Positions 38,211 to 52,696 are shown, numbered from the whole stretch's first letter. The stretch is DNA of 62,972 bases, filler included, from Reticulomyxa filosa (GCA_000512085.1; 15 parts of 15 records of this genome joined end to end with filler, not necessarily neighbours in it); one strand, 5' to 3'. The notes: a model not told the origin generated them from the letters alone. Made by a program: numbers and translations.

Positions 38211-40486
38211 AATATTGTTTTTGTTATTTGTTTTAAAAATATTTTTTGGATCAAATTCCTTATATTTGCAATACATACTTCCCTTGTTATCTTTGATATA
38301 CGTAAACGTACAATGTTTTTTTGTAATGAACATTTTTTTTTCACATTTGATCTTTTAGTCAATGTTATTTACCTGTATAATGTTGATTCGCAGCCCAATT
38401 TATGAAACGTTGATGAGATTATCAAATTAGACGGGAACATATTTATGAAAGGCGTTTTGTTGTGCGGGCTCTTATTGGACTTCTTTGGATTGCTCGGTAG
38501 CTTGTTCCGGAATACGTATACTTTCGTTATTTGATAGTATTGATTCCTTATTGAAAATTTGCACCAACGATACGATTATCAGGCCATTGACTTGTGTATT
38601 GCCTACGTTTCGATTTAATCAATTCTTCAAGTAGTTGATAGAATTGTTCATTGATAGTTGTAAATATATTTATATTGTCGTAGTGGTCCAAGCGTGTTTG
38701 TCCGTTCCCAGTTGGATTGCACATTTTCATTTTTTGCACTAGACACCACCATGAACACATTTAATAAATGTGGAAGCACCAACGCCAAAGTGGATTTCAC
38801 GCTGCTGCCAACAACTAAAAGTTTCCAAATATTTTCTACTTGGTTTGTCCCCTCCACTCGCCGAACAAAAGAATATCAAGTGGGCAATAAAGCCGCTTTA
38901 AGAAAAAACAAAAAATTTGTGGCAAATGATTTACAGCAATGCCGAGTTAATTGGAAAAATGTGATTTGTAGCACTTTGTTTATACACATTTGAATAGCAA
39001 AACGCAGAAAAAAAGTTATATTTTTCTCATTTCAAAGTTCTTTTCAAGCTAATCTCAACCTTGCCAAAAAAAAGGTTAACGGATAAAAATAATTTCCAAT
39101 TAAAAACAAAAAATGGTAAAAGCAGGACCCAATAATTTTCAACAAAGAAAGAATAAGTATTTCGTAGCTGCCGGGCATAGAAAAATGCTTTAGCTTTTAT
39201 ACGATCAAGTTTGTAATGCAATGACCAACTTTCTACTATTGAATATGACAAAAATCTTCATTCTTTTATGTGCTTATCGTTACACGTGTTGGTAGTTTTT
39301 TCATTGAATGCATCATATTGTTTTGTTTAACAGATCAATTGTAAAATCACGCATTCACAGCATAACAAAAAAACAATTCAAAAGAGCATGAGCAAAAACA
39401 AGTAAGTGATGGAGATTTGACAAATAATAGCATTACTGTGAGTATCCATTTTTTGGATCAAAAATGGCAGTATGTTATATCACTTTTTTTCAAAGTTACA
39501 GGTAATTGTTAGCACTTTCTTCAAAAAAAATGGGAATAAATAGGTCCCGACTAGAGGAAGGATCCCAACAAACAAAACTGTCTTGATACAAAGTGAAAGA
39601 ATAATCGAATTACAGGTATACTGTCTGACGAGATATGTTTTTTAAAGAAATAAACAGTCTCTTCCCTCTGCTGCATTCCTCTTTGGACTCCATATCCAAT
39701 TCAAATCAACCAATCACTACGAAGAGTGCAAGAGCACCATATTCAAAAGCAAACTCATGTGCATATGCCACAAACCTTTACAAATCTCTGAATCTCTTTG
39801 ATATGGTCATTGTAGCAATCTCGTGTTGTCCAGTACAGTCTTTGAATGTATCTTTTACCCGTTCATCAACTTTTTGCTATTGCCCCAACAAAATCTGCTT
39901 CCTTCTGGTCTGCTTATCGTTACGTGTGTACTACTTATTATCATGTTTTTCGTGTACATCTTACTTCAATTCTGTGTAAATATTAGTTTATGAATAACTA
40001 TCAATTGATGACTTCATAATCTTTTACAATTATCTTTCTTTGTGCTGCATAATGAACCATTTTTGAAAAAAGTATATTTTTGTGATCATTCACTGGTTGT
40101 GCATTATCCTAAAGTAAATAACTATGCAGTTGACTGTGCGAGAAAAATTAAAAGAAAATTTGACGTGAAGTGATCCAAAGATAAAATAATGAAAGAGGAT
40201 ACATGATTAAATTATTAGTAAAAAAATTAAAATAATTTACTTTGTTTTTTTAACAACAACATTATCCTCACTCAAGATTATCTGGGAATAAAAGTTGTAT
40301 TATACCAAATTTTTATCATTGCGTTCTTATGTCCAATTTTTTGTAACAATATTCACTCTTTGCCTACACGAACAGAAACAACGGTCNNNNNNNNNNNNNN
40401 NNNNNNNNNNNNNNNNNNNNNNNNNNNNNNTTAATTAATTAANNNNNNNNNNNNNNNNNNNNNNNNNNNNNNNNNNNNNNNNNNNN

Positions 40487-40525
<39 letters not shown>

Positions 40526-43500
40526 CGAGAAAAAGAAGATGAAAGAATCAATTTGGAAAATGAAAAACGTAAAAAAGACGACGAAGTGATAGTGCCTGTG
40601 TCCGTGTCAGTGGCAGCAGAAGACTCGACTGATGATGGTGACGTCGACGTCGACATGGAGGACGACGTGAATGCTAAAAACGCAGGCCAAAGAAAAAAAG
40701 AAGACAACGGTGAGTCTCTATCATCGAGTCGAACAGTGGGACCCTTTAATAAGCAAAACTTCCCTGCGTTGAAACTGACGGCGTCCTCGTCGTACTCTTT
40801 GATTGATACCGACTTGCAGAAGAAGAATAATAATCAACAACAACAACAACAACAACAACAGCCATCGAAAAAAGCGACTGTTCGAAAAGCCCCAACTCTT
40901 GTAAATATCTATGATTCTCGAAGAACTATTCACATCTCCATCACAAGTGGCGCCAAAAAAAGTATGAAAAAGCGCACGACATTGAGTCAACTCTTTCCAA
41001 CCCCTTCTCCGGATGTCGACCGCTACACCAGCAACACTAACACTCCTTTTGACTCAGACAAAGAGAAAGAGAAAGACAAAGACAAAGACAAAGACAAAGA
41101 CAAAGACGCCCGCAAAGACTTGGGCCAATCTCTTGTTACCCCCGCCGCCCTCACCGAAGAGAGTATACGTCAATTGTACAATCTCAGCAATCCGACCATT
41201 GTCAACAAGGCCAGGGCGAATTCCGTTGACAGTGTCAAGTCCAGCGCAAGTGCGGCCAGTGACCTGTTGAAAACGCCACTCCGTAGGCTTAGTGTTGAAG
41301 TTTTGTTTACACGTTTTTATCACAGTTTTTTTTTTTTTTTGATGAGAGTGAAAAAAACAGGATCACTGCAACCAATCAAAAACGAACATCTCTTCTTTTG
41401 TATTACATTTAAAAAAAAAAAATAACAAAACACACACACACACACACACAAACATTATACAATTACATTGATCTCTGTAACTTATGCAAGCCAAAAACGA
41501 ATGACGATTTTTCTCCTTTCAGTTATGGTGCATCTCCTGCAGTACAAAATGGTCCTGATCAAAGTGTTGTGAAAGTGGAGCTAAGTAGATTATCCACGCC
41601 ACGTATCGATGGAGATACGATAACACCTCTTCTTTCAGTAGACGTGTCAAGACGCAACTCTGCAGATAATCTGCCGTTGGTCAAAGACACCGAGTCAGAG
41701 GGCAAACAACAGTCGCAACAATCACAGCAACAATCACAGCAACAACAACAATTGCAACCACAATTGACAGTCATCAACGAACAATCCAACTCAAACAAGT
41801 TTGAGGACGAACAGCCCTCTTTCCGGACCATGACCGAATTGGGGAGCACAGCCATTGGAATCGAGGAAAGCAGTGGCAACAAAGACTACATCGAAAACAG
41901 TTCGAAACGTTCCCCCAAAAAAAGAAGACAAAGTCTGATATCGAGCAGCGAAATCCCAATCGAAATCCAAGTACCAGTAATACCCGTTGTCAAGCATTTG
42001 GAAAACACGTTGAGTCGAGAAAACTTGGACGAACAAGAATGGGATGAAGACTATCTCAACGAAGTGAATAACAAAAATCACCGACGCACCAAGTCCTTGG
42101 ACGAGGGATTTGAATTGTTGCTGCCAGGTGTGCATTTCAGTCAAGGCAAATACTTATTTTATTTTATTTTTGTATTGATATATATGTATATATATATCTT
42201 TGCATGTTGTGTACACACATATACATATACATATGCATATATACATTTATGTACATATACATATATATTTATGTATATAATGTACATATGAACATGAACA
42301 CATATACAGACGAACCAGAATCAATGTATTTAGTGTCGCCTTCGTTGGAGTCAATGCGAGTTCAGTTTTTAGAAGAAGCTGCTGAAATGGGCATTATGCC
42401 GCCAAGCGTTTTTTCGAGCGAACAAAAACAACTTCAAATCAAGTTATGTGTACACATACTGGAATCTTATTCTTTTTTTTTTTTTTAAAAAAAAAATAAC
42501 TGCTTGTCAATCTCTGTATTGAGGATAATAATAGCATAAAATAAAAATAAAAGAATAAAAAAAAAAAAAAAACACTGACAGCACGTTCACAATAGGCGAA
42601 AGGGCACAAACTCCGGGAGCAAAAGCGTCGCTTACACCAACACCGCAGAGTATTTCATCGCCAAAAAAAAAAACAAAGCAAGGAAAATTTGCGTCGATTC
42701 GAAGACTGTTTGGCTTGGGCAAGAAAAACAATACCGAAAAATCAGTACTGTTCAACAACGACATAACAAATGACAAAGTGCTCCCCTCAAGCGCCACAAA
42801 TAATAAAAGCGAAGAAACGGATTCTAAACAGCCAGTAAATGGATCACAACCCTCTTCATCTTCATCTTCATCTTCATCTTCATCTTCATCTTCATCTACA
42901 TCCACATCCATGTCCACATCGACTCCAGCAATTCCAAACAAAAAAGTGCAGTTTGCATTGGCCGCATTGGGTTTGTTGGACGAAAAGACGCAGCGAGAAA
43001 TCGAGAAAGTGCAAGAGCAAGAGCGTCAAGAAAAGAAGCGAAGGAAGCTGCAAAAGCAACAAGAGCGACAGGAGCGACAAGAGCGCCATCGAAACAAGAA
43101 GTTATATGGAGGCATTGGCGGTGTAAAAGTGACAATGGCCAAGGCAAAGAAAGACAGCGTGGCAGAGGAAAAAGAAAGAGAGAAGGAACGAGAAGAAAAA
43201 GAAAAAGAAAAAAAAGAAAAGGAAAAAGAAAAAGAAAAAGAAAAGGAAAAAGAGGTACTGTATCAAGAAGACGCATTAAAAATCTTTACTCATTTTGAAT
43301 ACGCCAGGAGATATAATAATGGCATCTCGTTGTCCCGCGCTTGTGAAGTGTATAAAGTAGCATGGGAATTGCAAGAGGAAAACGAACGCGTTCTTCCTTC
43401 CCGCGTCAGAAACCATTTCAAACAAGTCCTACCTTCCAGAAAAAATGCCGGTAAAAAAAGTGTCGATCAGAAAGCATCCCAGCGTCATAAGACTAAAGAC

Positions 43501-43624
43501 CGACGTGACCACGTCTCCTCTGTCAAAACTGACAAAGATAAAGGTCGTCACAAAACAACTACAACTACAGCTGCAACTACAGCTGCAACTACAATTACAA
43601 CTACAATTACAACTGCAACTGCAG
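40487..43624 (+). CDS. Large low-complexity hypothetical protein (internal fragment, multi-exon)
   Basis: Long ORFs 40553-41425, 41569-42291 and 42715-43624 are separated by GT-AG introns. They contain poly-N/Q/S, KD and KE repeats. Both ends are cut by gaps. Confidence 0.75.
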
Positions 43625-44387
43625 NNNNNNNNNNNNNNNNNNNNNNNNNNNNNNNNNNNNNNNNNNNNTTAATTAATTAANNNNNNNNNNNNNNNNNNNN
43701 NNNNNNNNNNNNNNNNNNNNNNNNAAGCTTTTTTTTGAAACTGTCTTATAAAATGGATCAAACTGAAATACCTCTATTAACTCCTTTTTGTGTATAACTT
43801 AAATCGGTATTAACAAAACAAATTGTAATGATAAAAAGAGATTTGAGCAGTAAACATAGCAAAAAATTGGCAATTTTCCTATGCTTTCAAAACATAATTA
43901 AAATTGGAGATATTGCTGTTGCTAATTATCTTTTTTTGTTTGTTTGTCTTTTTTAAAAAGATTTCACACAAATCACTTTGATCTTTTAAATTTAAGTAAC
44001 AGCAATAATGTGGAGTTCAGAAACTGAAAAAATTTTGGTTAAGAACTTTGGAATACTTGCTATGTCATGAACGCAGTAGAACTGGTCTATGAAAATCACA
44101 AAGAAATGAAAACTGCACTGATTATGGGAGAGAAATGTCCGAAGCAATATTTGATGCAGAAATCAATGTCAGGCAATATGTAGACAAATTGGTCCCTTTT
44201 TTTTTTTTGTTAAGTCATATGCAATCAAAAAAATCTTTAAAACTCAAAAAAAGGGATGCTAAAATTATGCTGATCTTTCATTGGAAAATTAATTGTAAAA
44301 TACAAATAATAAGTATATAAACAAGTTTAGTCTCCGATTATTATTTTTAATGAAAAAATTGCTGAAATTCAGTCAAAAGAATCAACA

Positions 44388-44869
44388 CTATCCCCAAAAA
44401 CAAATAGCACCATTGTATAAACCGTAACACAAATTAACACCACAACAAATATTATTATTGTTGTAAATTTTTTTTCCTTTCTTTTTTAATTGTAAAAACT
44501 TGAGACAAAAAATTCCATTATCGTTTTTGATTACATACAATTCCTTTTTGTTTGATCGAATATCCCAAAAACGAATTGTATTATCACTTGATCCAGAACA
44601 TATCACATTTGAACTACCACCAACTTCGATGCTATCTACTACAAATGGTGAATATTCAACAGTATACACCAAACTTGTATGTCCATTAAACATTTGAATT
44701 TGTTCACCGGATCGAATATCCCACAAATGAACACTTTTATCATGTGATCCAGATAATATTGTATTTGCACCACCAATATTTCCTAATTCATTTGATCCAT
44801 ATTTTACACAACCAATCCAATCTGTATGTCCTTTGAATACATTGAATTGCTTTGTTGTTTCAATATCCC
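44388..44869 (-). CDS. WD40-repeat protein, C-terminal part (expanded family)
   Basis: An uninterrupted frame from the contig edge reads DIETTKQFNVFKGH..ILSGSHDKSVHLWDIRSG..FNGHTSLVY..ICSGSSDNTIRFWDIR..CFWG*. Confidence 0.9.
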
Positions 44870-45849
44870 NNNNNNNNNNNNNNNNNNNNNNNNNNNNNNN
44901 NNNNNNNNNNNNNTTAATTAATTAANNNNNNNNNNNNNNNNNNNNNNNNNNNNNNNNNNNNNNNNNNNNGAGAAGTTTCATATCTTGTTACTTTTCTACA
45001 AGTCAAAAGGAGGTCAATCAATTATTTTGTGATGATCGCTTTTCTCACCCAATCAAAAAAAAACAAAGTGTAAAACGATTGCAACGTATACAAAACTAAA
45101 CAATGTTAGGACGTTCAGCTGAATGCAACAATGCAATTGACCCGATGTTGAAAGTGGCATTGAAAATAAATATGAGGCGCTTTTATGCGATATGGATATA
45201 CTGATCTTCAACTGTGGGAATCTTCAATTGTATAAATGGAAAACCATACACAGATATTGGAATGATGGCACATGTATTGCGATGTCAAATTTGCAAACAA
45301 AAATTAATGAAAGAAATTGTATATCGGACAAATTTAAAGATGTTTTTGTTATGTTTCGCCATTGTAGAAGCAAAGAGACAACATGAATATGGTCAAAATA
45401 ATAAATCCATAAAAGGTGCTGACACTTGTCTAATCAAGACTATGAGTGGTTGTGGATGATATTTATGAAAATAAAACACTGGTGATAATGCATTGTTATG
45501 TGTTTGCAATACTCAGATTACATGCACTTTTATTACTCACCCAATCCGACTTATCAATCTGCATAATTGGTCCAAACATCAGTTGCTGCTTTTTACATGA
45601 ATTTGTAATTATGTGGTATGTGACTTCAGATGTTAACACACCAAAGATGCGTGAAAAACGTTTCCAAAATATTATTGCTATGACTTTCATGTTTGATTTG
45701 GTGGAAAATATTTTGTTATCATTGTCAAGTAAAATTGGTAGGAAATGATTGGGTCTATTGATTCGAATGCATTTGAGAGAAGATAATGAAGGAATCACCT
45801 GACATTGAAACACATAGGTGTCAAAATGAAATTGGATCCATTCATTATC

Positions 45850-47196
45850 AATCTCTTTAACACTTTGAATACATTTCGGAAATTTAGATTGATAAAACTA
45901 ATGTGTTCCTTCAACCATTCTTTGTTTATTTCAATATTTAAACTATTTCATTGGAAGTATGCAACTAAATATGGTTGAATCAATATATCATTCTTTGGAT
46001 GAGGTGTATTCAATGGGACTGTGTCCATCGATTATCCACTCACACCAAAACAGGATCCAATATTTTACACAACCCCAAATAAACACAATGACCTTCATGA
46101 CCAATCACCAAACGCATTTCACAACATAAATTTGATTTCAAATTGATCAATCGACTCACCACATTGCAACTCCAATCATCCATCAAATCTGGACATTTAT
46201 GTTCAAACTCTTCAACTGTGATATAATCCCAATAAGTTGTCAATTGCACTCGCAATTCTTTCACACCTCTTTCATATACTTGTTTGAATGTTGAGCCTCT
46301 TGGTAATCGCATCTGACTTGTTCCTACCTGTCTTAATCCAATACATATTTCAAACAACAAGAATATTCGAAATGTTAAAAATGAGAATGAATCACATCCT
46401 TCATCAAATTTTTTTACATTTGAATTTTTTGCTTTAATTAATATGATACTTCGACCAGCAGCCCAATACAATAAATTATTTTCTATTAATACTTTTTTTA
46501 ATTGCTTCTGAATCAGTCCCAATAAAAATGTTATTCATGTCCTTTTTATGTTTCATCATAAATTCATCATATTTTCAAAAGGAGTTCTTAAGATAAGAGA
46601 GCTGACAGCACTCTCTCTGGTGTCAATATATGCACCTTGTTCAATGCAATAACGAGCATCGAAATGGCATTATCATCAATACTCCAAGTGATTCTGTACG
46701 ATTCAATCTATATTTACCTTTGAATCCATCGATCAAAGTATTAATTGCATTTTCCAGTTGTTTTTCATTCAATTTCTCTGAAATTACTCCAAGTAATTTG
46801 CACGATCTATGAGCAATGTTATCTTCATCTTTTAATCCACTTATCAAAGCATTGAAAACATTTTCCAATTGTTCCTCACTCGCTTTTGCTGCAATTATTC
46901 CAAGTGATCCTACATATGATCCACGAACATCTCTATCTTTATCCTTCAATCCATTGATCAAAGCATTAATTGCGTTTTCCAGTTGTTTCTCATTCAATTT
47001 CTTTGAAATTACTCCAAGTGATTCTGCACATAATTCACGCCCCCAGATATATTTATCTTTTAACCCATAAATGAAAGCACTGAAAACTCTATCCAATTGT
47101 TGATCACTCAATTTTTGTTGAAATTGTTTGAAGTGATTTTTCACATAAGGCATAATACATTTATTTTCATCTTTTGATCCATTCAAACATTCGAAA
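45850..47196 (-). pseudogene. HEAT-repeat (PBS-lyase-like) family gene with a downstream globular domain, disrupted
   Basis: ~40-aa repeats (QLENAINALINGLKDKD..V....SLGII) lie in 46641-47186. A domain with RLVIGHEGHCVYL follows, with stops and frameshifts between and after. Confidence 0.75.
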
Positions 47197-47339
47197 NNNN
47201 NNNNNNNNNNNNNNNNNNNNNNNNNNNNNNNNNNNNNNNNTTAATTAATTAANNNNNNNNNNNNNNNNNNNNNNNNNNNNNNNNNNNNNNNNNNNNAAAA
47301 ACACAAGATATTACCTTTATTGATATTTGCATTGCAATT

Positions 47340-48620
47340 GTCAATTTCACACTTCTTCACACAGCAACGAAATTATGTTCCATTGTCCGCCGTCCATCCA
47401 TTTACTTCAACCATTTGCCATTGTTGATCTATACAACAACAAAAAACATATCTTATTATTATTATAACGACAAAAATAAAATAAAAATAACTTGACAAGA
47501 CCACATTGGTCACAATGTGCTATTGGATAGACCAATGCCTTGTGGAAAGTAACTCTGCAGCACAAAAAAGGTTTGGCATCACCACTGACTTGCAACTCGA
47601 TTGCTCGTCAGTTGTGATTTGCACAAATCCCTTCTTTGCGCTAGCAGCGCTGCTACCACATAAGGCAGGTGCTGATCCATTATGACCATTGATACCACCA
47701 AAATTTGTACCAACACTTGCAGCTAATTGGGCAATGTGTCAAAGCCGTCATTGTGGTACATATCATCAATGTTCTTTTTTTGCGCCAAATCGTACGACCT
47801 GCCCAATTTTTTTTTTTTGTGTTTAAAAAAAAAGTCGTAAAAAAAAAAAGAACACAATCGAAAAGTATTTGAAAAGTATTGCTTACCAATTGACTTGCGA
47901 CTTGGAAAATATCGAATTGTAGTACATTGCAAAGTTGCTCGTGTTGATGATAACAGCATGGACGGTGGTGCGCTTATCACTATTACAACCACATCTACTT
48001 CAATTCCCGCACATACACTATTTTTTTTGTTTTTTTAAAAATCCATTTTAAATCAAATCAATCATACGTACAATACATCATCCCCTTACTTTTTCTTGAT
48101 GTACGTAAACTTCTCTTTTTTTTTTTTTTTCATGAACATTTTTTTTTTCTTTAGATGTTTCTGTCCCTGTCGTTTACCTGTATTTTGATTTGAAATATGT
48201 CGACGAGATGCTTGAAGTTGTGAACATATCAATGGCCGGCGTTTTTGTGTATATATTCTTGGACTGCACTGTGGTCATTTTGATAATACGTATACTTGCG
48301 TATTTCAATTGCACCGACATCTCTGTTGCGTTGTCAAAGTATTGTGGACATTGCACGCATTTCAACGTTTTTGATTTCCACATTCGGTTGGAAGAGTGGT
48401 TGGATAACTTATTCAATGATAATAATGATGTGCACATGCGGTCTTGATTATTTGAATATATTGTGTCGTTTGAGTTTGACTTTGAGTTTTCTTTAGCCAC
48501 ATTGCTTGCACTTGACATTGCCAGAACTGCAGTTAAGACTTGCAGTAATATCAATACAATTTCATATACCAACGATGGCTTCATTTTGTCGTTGAAGTAG
48601 CCAACCTTTGCACGCAATCT
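47340..48620 (-). pseudogene. Decayed coding fragments of unknown family
   Basis: Exon-like blocks separated by poly-T/A introns, with several in-frame stops. Confidence 0.35.
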
Positions 48621-49148
48621 TTTCTCCTCCGTTTGTCCCCTTTCTTAACAGGTACACTGAAATGGAAGGACATCAAATGAACAATAAAGCCACTTTAAGA
48701 GAAAAACAAAAAAATTTTGTGGCAAGCGAATACATTTATAAAATGTTAAATGAATGTCATAAAATGTGCAGAAATGCCGAGTTTATGGAGAAAGGACATA
48801 TGTATAAGAAATCTTAGTTATAATTGAAATAGTGCAAATACGCATCCACCAAATAAAAAGAGTGCCAAAAAAAAGACTGTATTGTCAATAACAATCGTTT
48901 TTAGAAATAAGAGTAAGCAGCTCATCAATCCAAATTCTTCTTTTTCGCCAGGTTTTTTGAAATAATGAAAAGTACAGTCATTGTTAGTGACAACCAATAC
49001 GTACACACACGCAACAAACGCACTCAAGTGTTGCAATGCTTTCCGAATNNNNNNNNNNNNNNNNNNNNNNNNNNNNNNNNNNNNNNNNNNNNTTAATTAA
49101 TTAANNNNNNNNNNNNNNNNNNNNNNNNNNNNNNNNNNNNNNNNNNNN

Positions 49149-51860
49149 AATTGCTGACGCAGAAAATCGATGACGTGTTTCCGCAAATGAGATGAATGGG
49201 TATGCGATAATGGTGGTGCCAATGCCGAGTCTGTCCAAAAAGATCAAATGCGCGCCTTCAATGTACGCTTGAATCCAAGGCTTATGATTTGCTTGCGACT
49301 GCTTTGTGCCAAAGTGCATTATAAAGTCAACCCAGCTAACAATATCTCGCAACGAAACGACGATTTCATTTTGCGATTTTAGCTACTTCATAAAATCGAT
49401 GATTAACGGCACAAAGTGGACCAATTCGCTTTGATTACTTGCTCGCTCGTTGATAATGGCCAGCAAATCTTCATCGCTTTCCATGAGCAAAGGTACCCAT
49501 ATTTCGATAAATCGATTTCGTAACGCGGGAGACAGCTCCTTCTTTCCAAAGTCTCCTCGGGGTTCATTGTGCTCAAGATTCGAAACGATGGATTGGCGAC
49601 AATCTCATCGGTCTGATTGCCACCCCTTTTCGGCCAAGAACAAAGTTTTGGATGGCTCCAACACAGCGTCTTCGGCCAGCGAGATTTCATCGATCAACAG
49701 GATATCTCCGTCTTTCATCGCCGAAACCAAGGGACCGTTTTGCCATTCAGAGTTTGGACTTTGTTCATATCCAGGAGTTCATGGACATTGGAGAGGAATA
49801 ACTGTGGCTCTGTCGTTTTCCAAAGACTTACGACTTGGCGATACAATGCCAGTTTGTCGTTCATGGCCAATATCCCGTGGCCCGTTGTCAACTGCTGTGC
49901 AATTGTGTGTTTGCGATTATGGACAGAGCTGCTGCGTCAGCTCCGCACGATTGTAACTCGGACTGGGGTCAGATAAATCCAACACGATTACCACATTGCA
50001 AATGCTGGCAATGACGTCCAGATATTTATCGATGGAATGCTCCAATAATACTTTCATTTTGTCTTTGCCACGGGACAGGTCGAAGGCCTCCCAAAATATC
50101 ACTCGTTTCCTTGTTTTGGTGACAATTAATCATTCGCAAATTTTGTCGTCGCAAAAATGCCGACATTTGAATCACGGTCGTTTTGCCGGCACCAGTCGGA
50201 CCTACCAACAGCACGGGCACGCGCTCACCAATGTGAACAGTCGCTTCATCGAGTATGTCCAACTGATACTCTCAATTCCTTTCTTTGCGTTCGCATAAGA
50301 AAAATCTTTCATGTTGTCGTTGCTACTGCCGTGACTACAATTGCTGCGACAGCCTTGCACATTCCACGCGGTTATACAACGACTGCTCGTCCATTTGGTG
50401 TTTGTAATATTTGTTCAGTACCTCCATCACAATCTTTTTTTCCTCCACGTTGCGACAGCGCTCTGCTATTAGCATAAATCCGCTCTCACTTAGCGCTTGA
50501 TACGATTGTATGTGTCGCTCGGCCCAACGAAGCAAGTCTCGTGCTGTGATGGAATGACGTCCTGCAAATATGTCTCCACGAATTCATCTTTGTTGGAGCT
50601 CTTGCATCACTGACATCATGCAGCTAGCAAATGGTTCCACTCCAAATCTGTTCCAATCAAATGCAACATATATACATATATGTATATGTTGTTGTCGTAA
50701 TCATACAATAAACTAATCTTTTGCGTAAAATGTCGATCAATTCATTAGGTGGAATTTCATCGACAGTCAATTAATAAAACGGTTTTTAAATGCTCGCGAC
50801 AAATTGCTTTTGACCGCTATAGACACCAGCCGAGTTTTGTGTAGTGAATATGATAAAATTGTGATGATAGCACACCACTTTTTGTGTTTCCGTTATGACC
50901 AGTTCTCCAGTAATTGGTTCAATGTCTCTAGCTCTTCACTAGGTGCCAAGTTTAATTTGTCCAAGATTACCCATCGGCCATTTCGCATGGCTTCAATCAA
51001 TATACCTTTTTTTTTGTTTTCAAAAGACATATTGACACATATACATATACATATATATATTCGATCAAAAGGCCTCTCACAAATACAAATGCGAATTGGT
51101 CGCGAGTTTTGTGTAGCATTTGTTCCAAGCCTTATACGTTGTCTTTCAGTCGTTGCCATTCGCGTTTCAACGTTTCACTTTCCATCGTCGTCGGCTTCGG
51201 TCGTGTATTCAATGTAGATTCTCTTTTTCGTCTGTCGTTGTTGTGCATGCTTTTCTTGGCTTCTTCAAAGGTGGCTAGTGTTGTTGAGTCTGTCCAAATG
51301 TTTCATTCCAGTTGCGTTTCTTGACAGCTGTGTCGACTGTGTTGACTGTGAGTCAAATGATTGTTGATGTTTTCATTGATATTTTTATTTATATTTTCGT
51401 TGATATTTTCATTGGTATCGGAATCGATAGAAGGCAATAACAATGACATCATAATTTTCGTTCGACCAATCATGGCCGCTCAATTTTTGGAATCAAAGTT
51501 ACGCTTGATTTCATCGGTGGCGTATTTGTACGGATTTTGCTTCAGATTCAGCCACGACAATGTCTTAGAAAAGAGCAGGCCAAAATGCTTCATGATGGGC
51601 AAAGCGTGGATACACATATCAACGGATTTGTACCCCCCCAAAAGGTCGCTACTGTCGGTGGACTGGGACATGTTTTGAATGACCAGTTTCTGATTCATGC
51701 GTTGTGCCAGATATTAGATGGACGCCGTTTTGCAATTGCCCGTTTTGCCTATGAGTAGGACAGATTCGTTGTTGACCACACACATTGCAATCTGTTCCAT
51801 CAAACACAGCGCATGTCGAGTGTGAATAAAGTTGGTCCACGATTGTCGTTTCAGCTTTTC
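49149..51860 (-). pseudogene. MDN1: Midasin (Rea1) AAA+ pseudogene fragment
   Basis: Ordered midasin motifs: VLLIGKTGNCKT; NMSQSTDSSDLLGGY; GILIEAMRNGRWVILDKLNLA (Walker B E to K); ITARDLLRWAER; VLLVGPTGAGKT; NCHQNKETSDILGGLRP; GPLVSAMKDGDILLIDEISLAEDAVLE; DFGKKELSPALRNRF; SLRDIVSW. Many frameshifts, stops and deletions. Confidence 0.92.
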
Positions 51861-52696
51861 AAATTCGTGTTCACTTGCATTGGCATTGGCATTGNNNNNN
51901 NNNNNNNNNNNNNNNNNNNNNNNNNNNNNNNNNNNNNNTTAATTAATTAANNNNNNNNNNNNNNNNNNNNNNNNNNNNNNNNNNNNNNNNNNNNATGTTT
52001 TCAATAATCGAGCTATTCGTACACTTGATTTTCGCAACAATCTTTTTTTAAATTAAAAAAAATAGCGCAGTTTCACGAAAAACGTACGTTTTTTTCCAGA
52101 TCACGTACAACTCTTCTCTTTTCCCTTTTTCAAACTTGGCTGACAGTTTCACACGTTTCAAACGCTAATCTCTTGCTGCCCTCATAAAGACGCCTGCTAT
52201 TCCTGTGCATCTTTTAACACATTTGTCAACTCGTTACCCCAACAAGTAGCCTACCCTGTGCTTTCTGCTTTTCTGACGCTTAAAAAAAAAGGACGTTCCA
52301 CAATGATCTTCACCCTTGTTATAGACCTAGAAGCACAGCAAAACAAGTTTTGCTTTGTGTGTTGTCATAATAGGTACTTGAAGAAACCAAATCCATTTCA
52401 AGATTTTGTCAACGAGAAGGGTCCATATACATATATTTCTCTCGTGAAATCGCACCCAATTTGTATTTTTTTTTGTTACCTTTGCTCCTTCAAAAAAAAA
52501 AATGTATGTACCTAATTGCGATACAGGTAGAAAATTCGATGAGACATTATAAAAATGTTGATAGTGGTGTACCATTTGGAATATTTCCTGTTTATTCCCA
52601 AACTACTAGTTATGATAACAAAATATTGTTGATATGTATGATTGTACGAAACAAAGGAATGTTGTTTCAATAGAAAAGGTGAAATGTAGTGGAGGC

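Noticed and set aside
38548-38857. Ras-like GTPase remnant (WKLLVVGSSVKSTL)
   Set aside because: The P-loop is incomplete and there is no DxxG or NKxD motif; too weak to call.
39622-39660. Hammerhead-like CTGACGA...GAAA
   Set aside because: Stems II and III cannot form.
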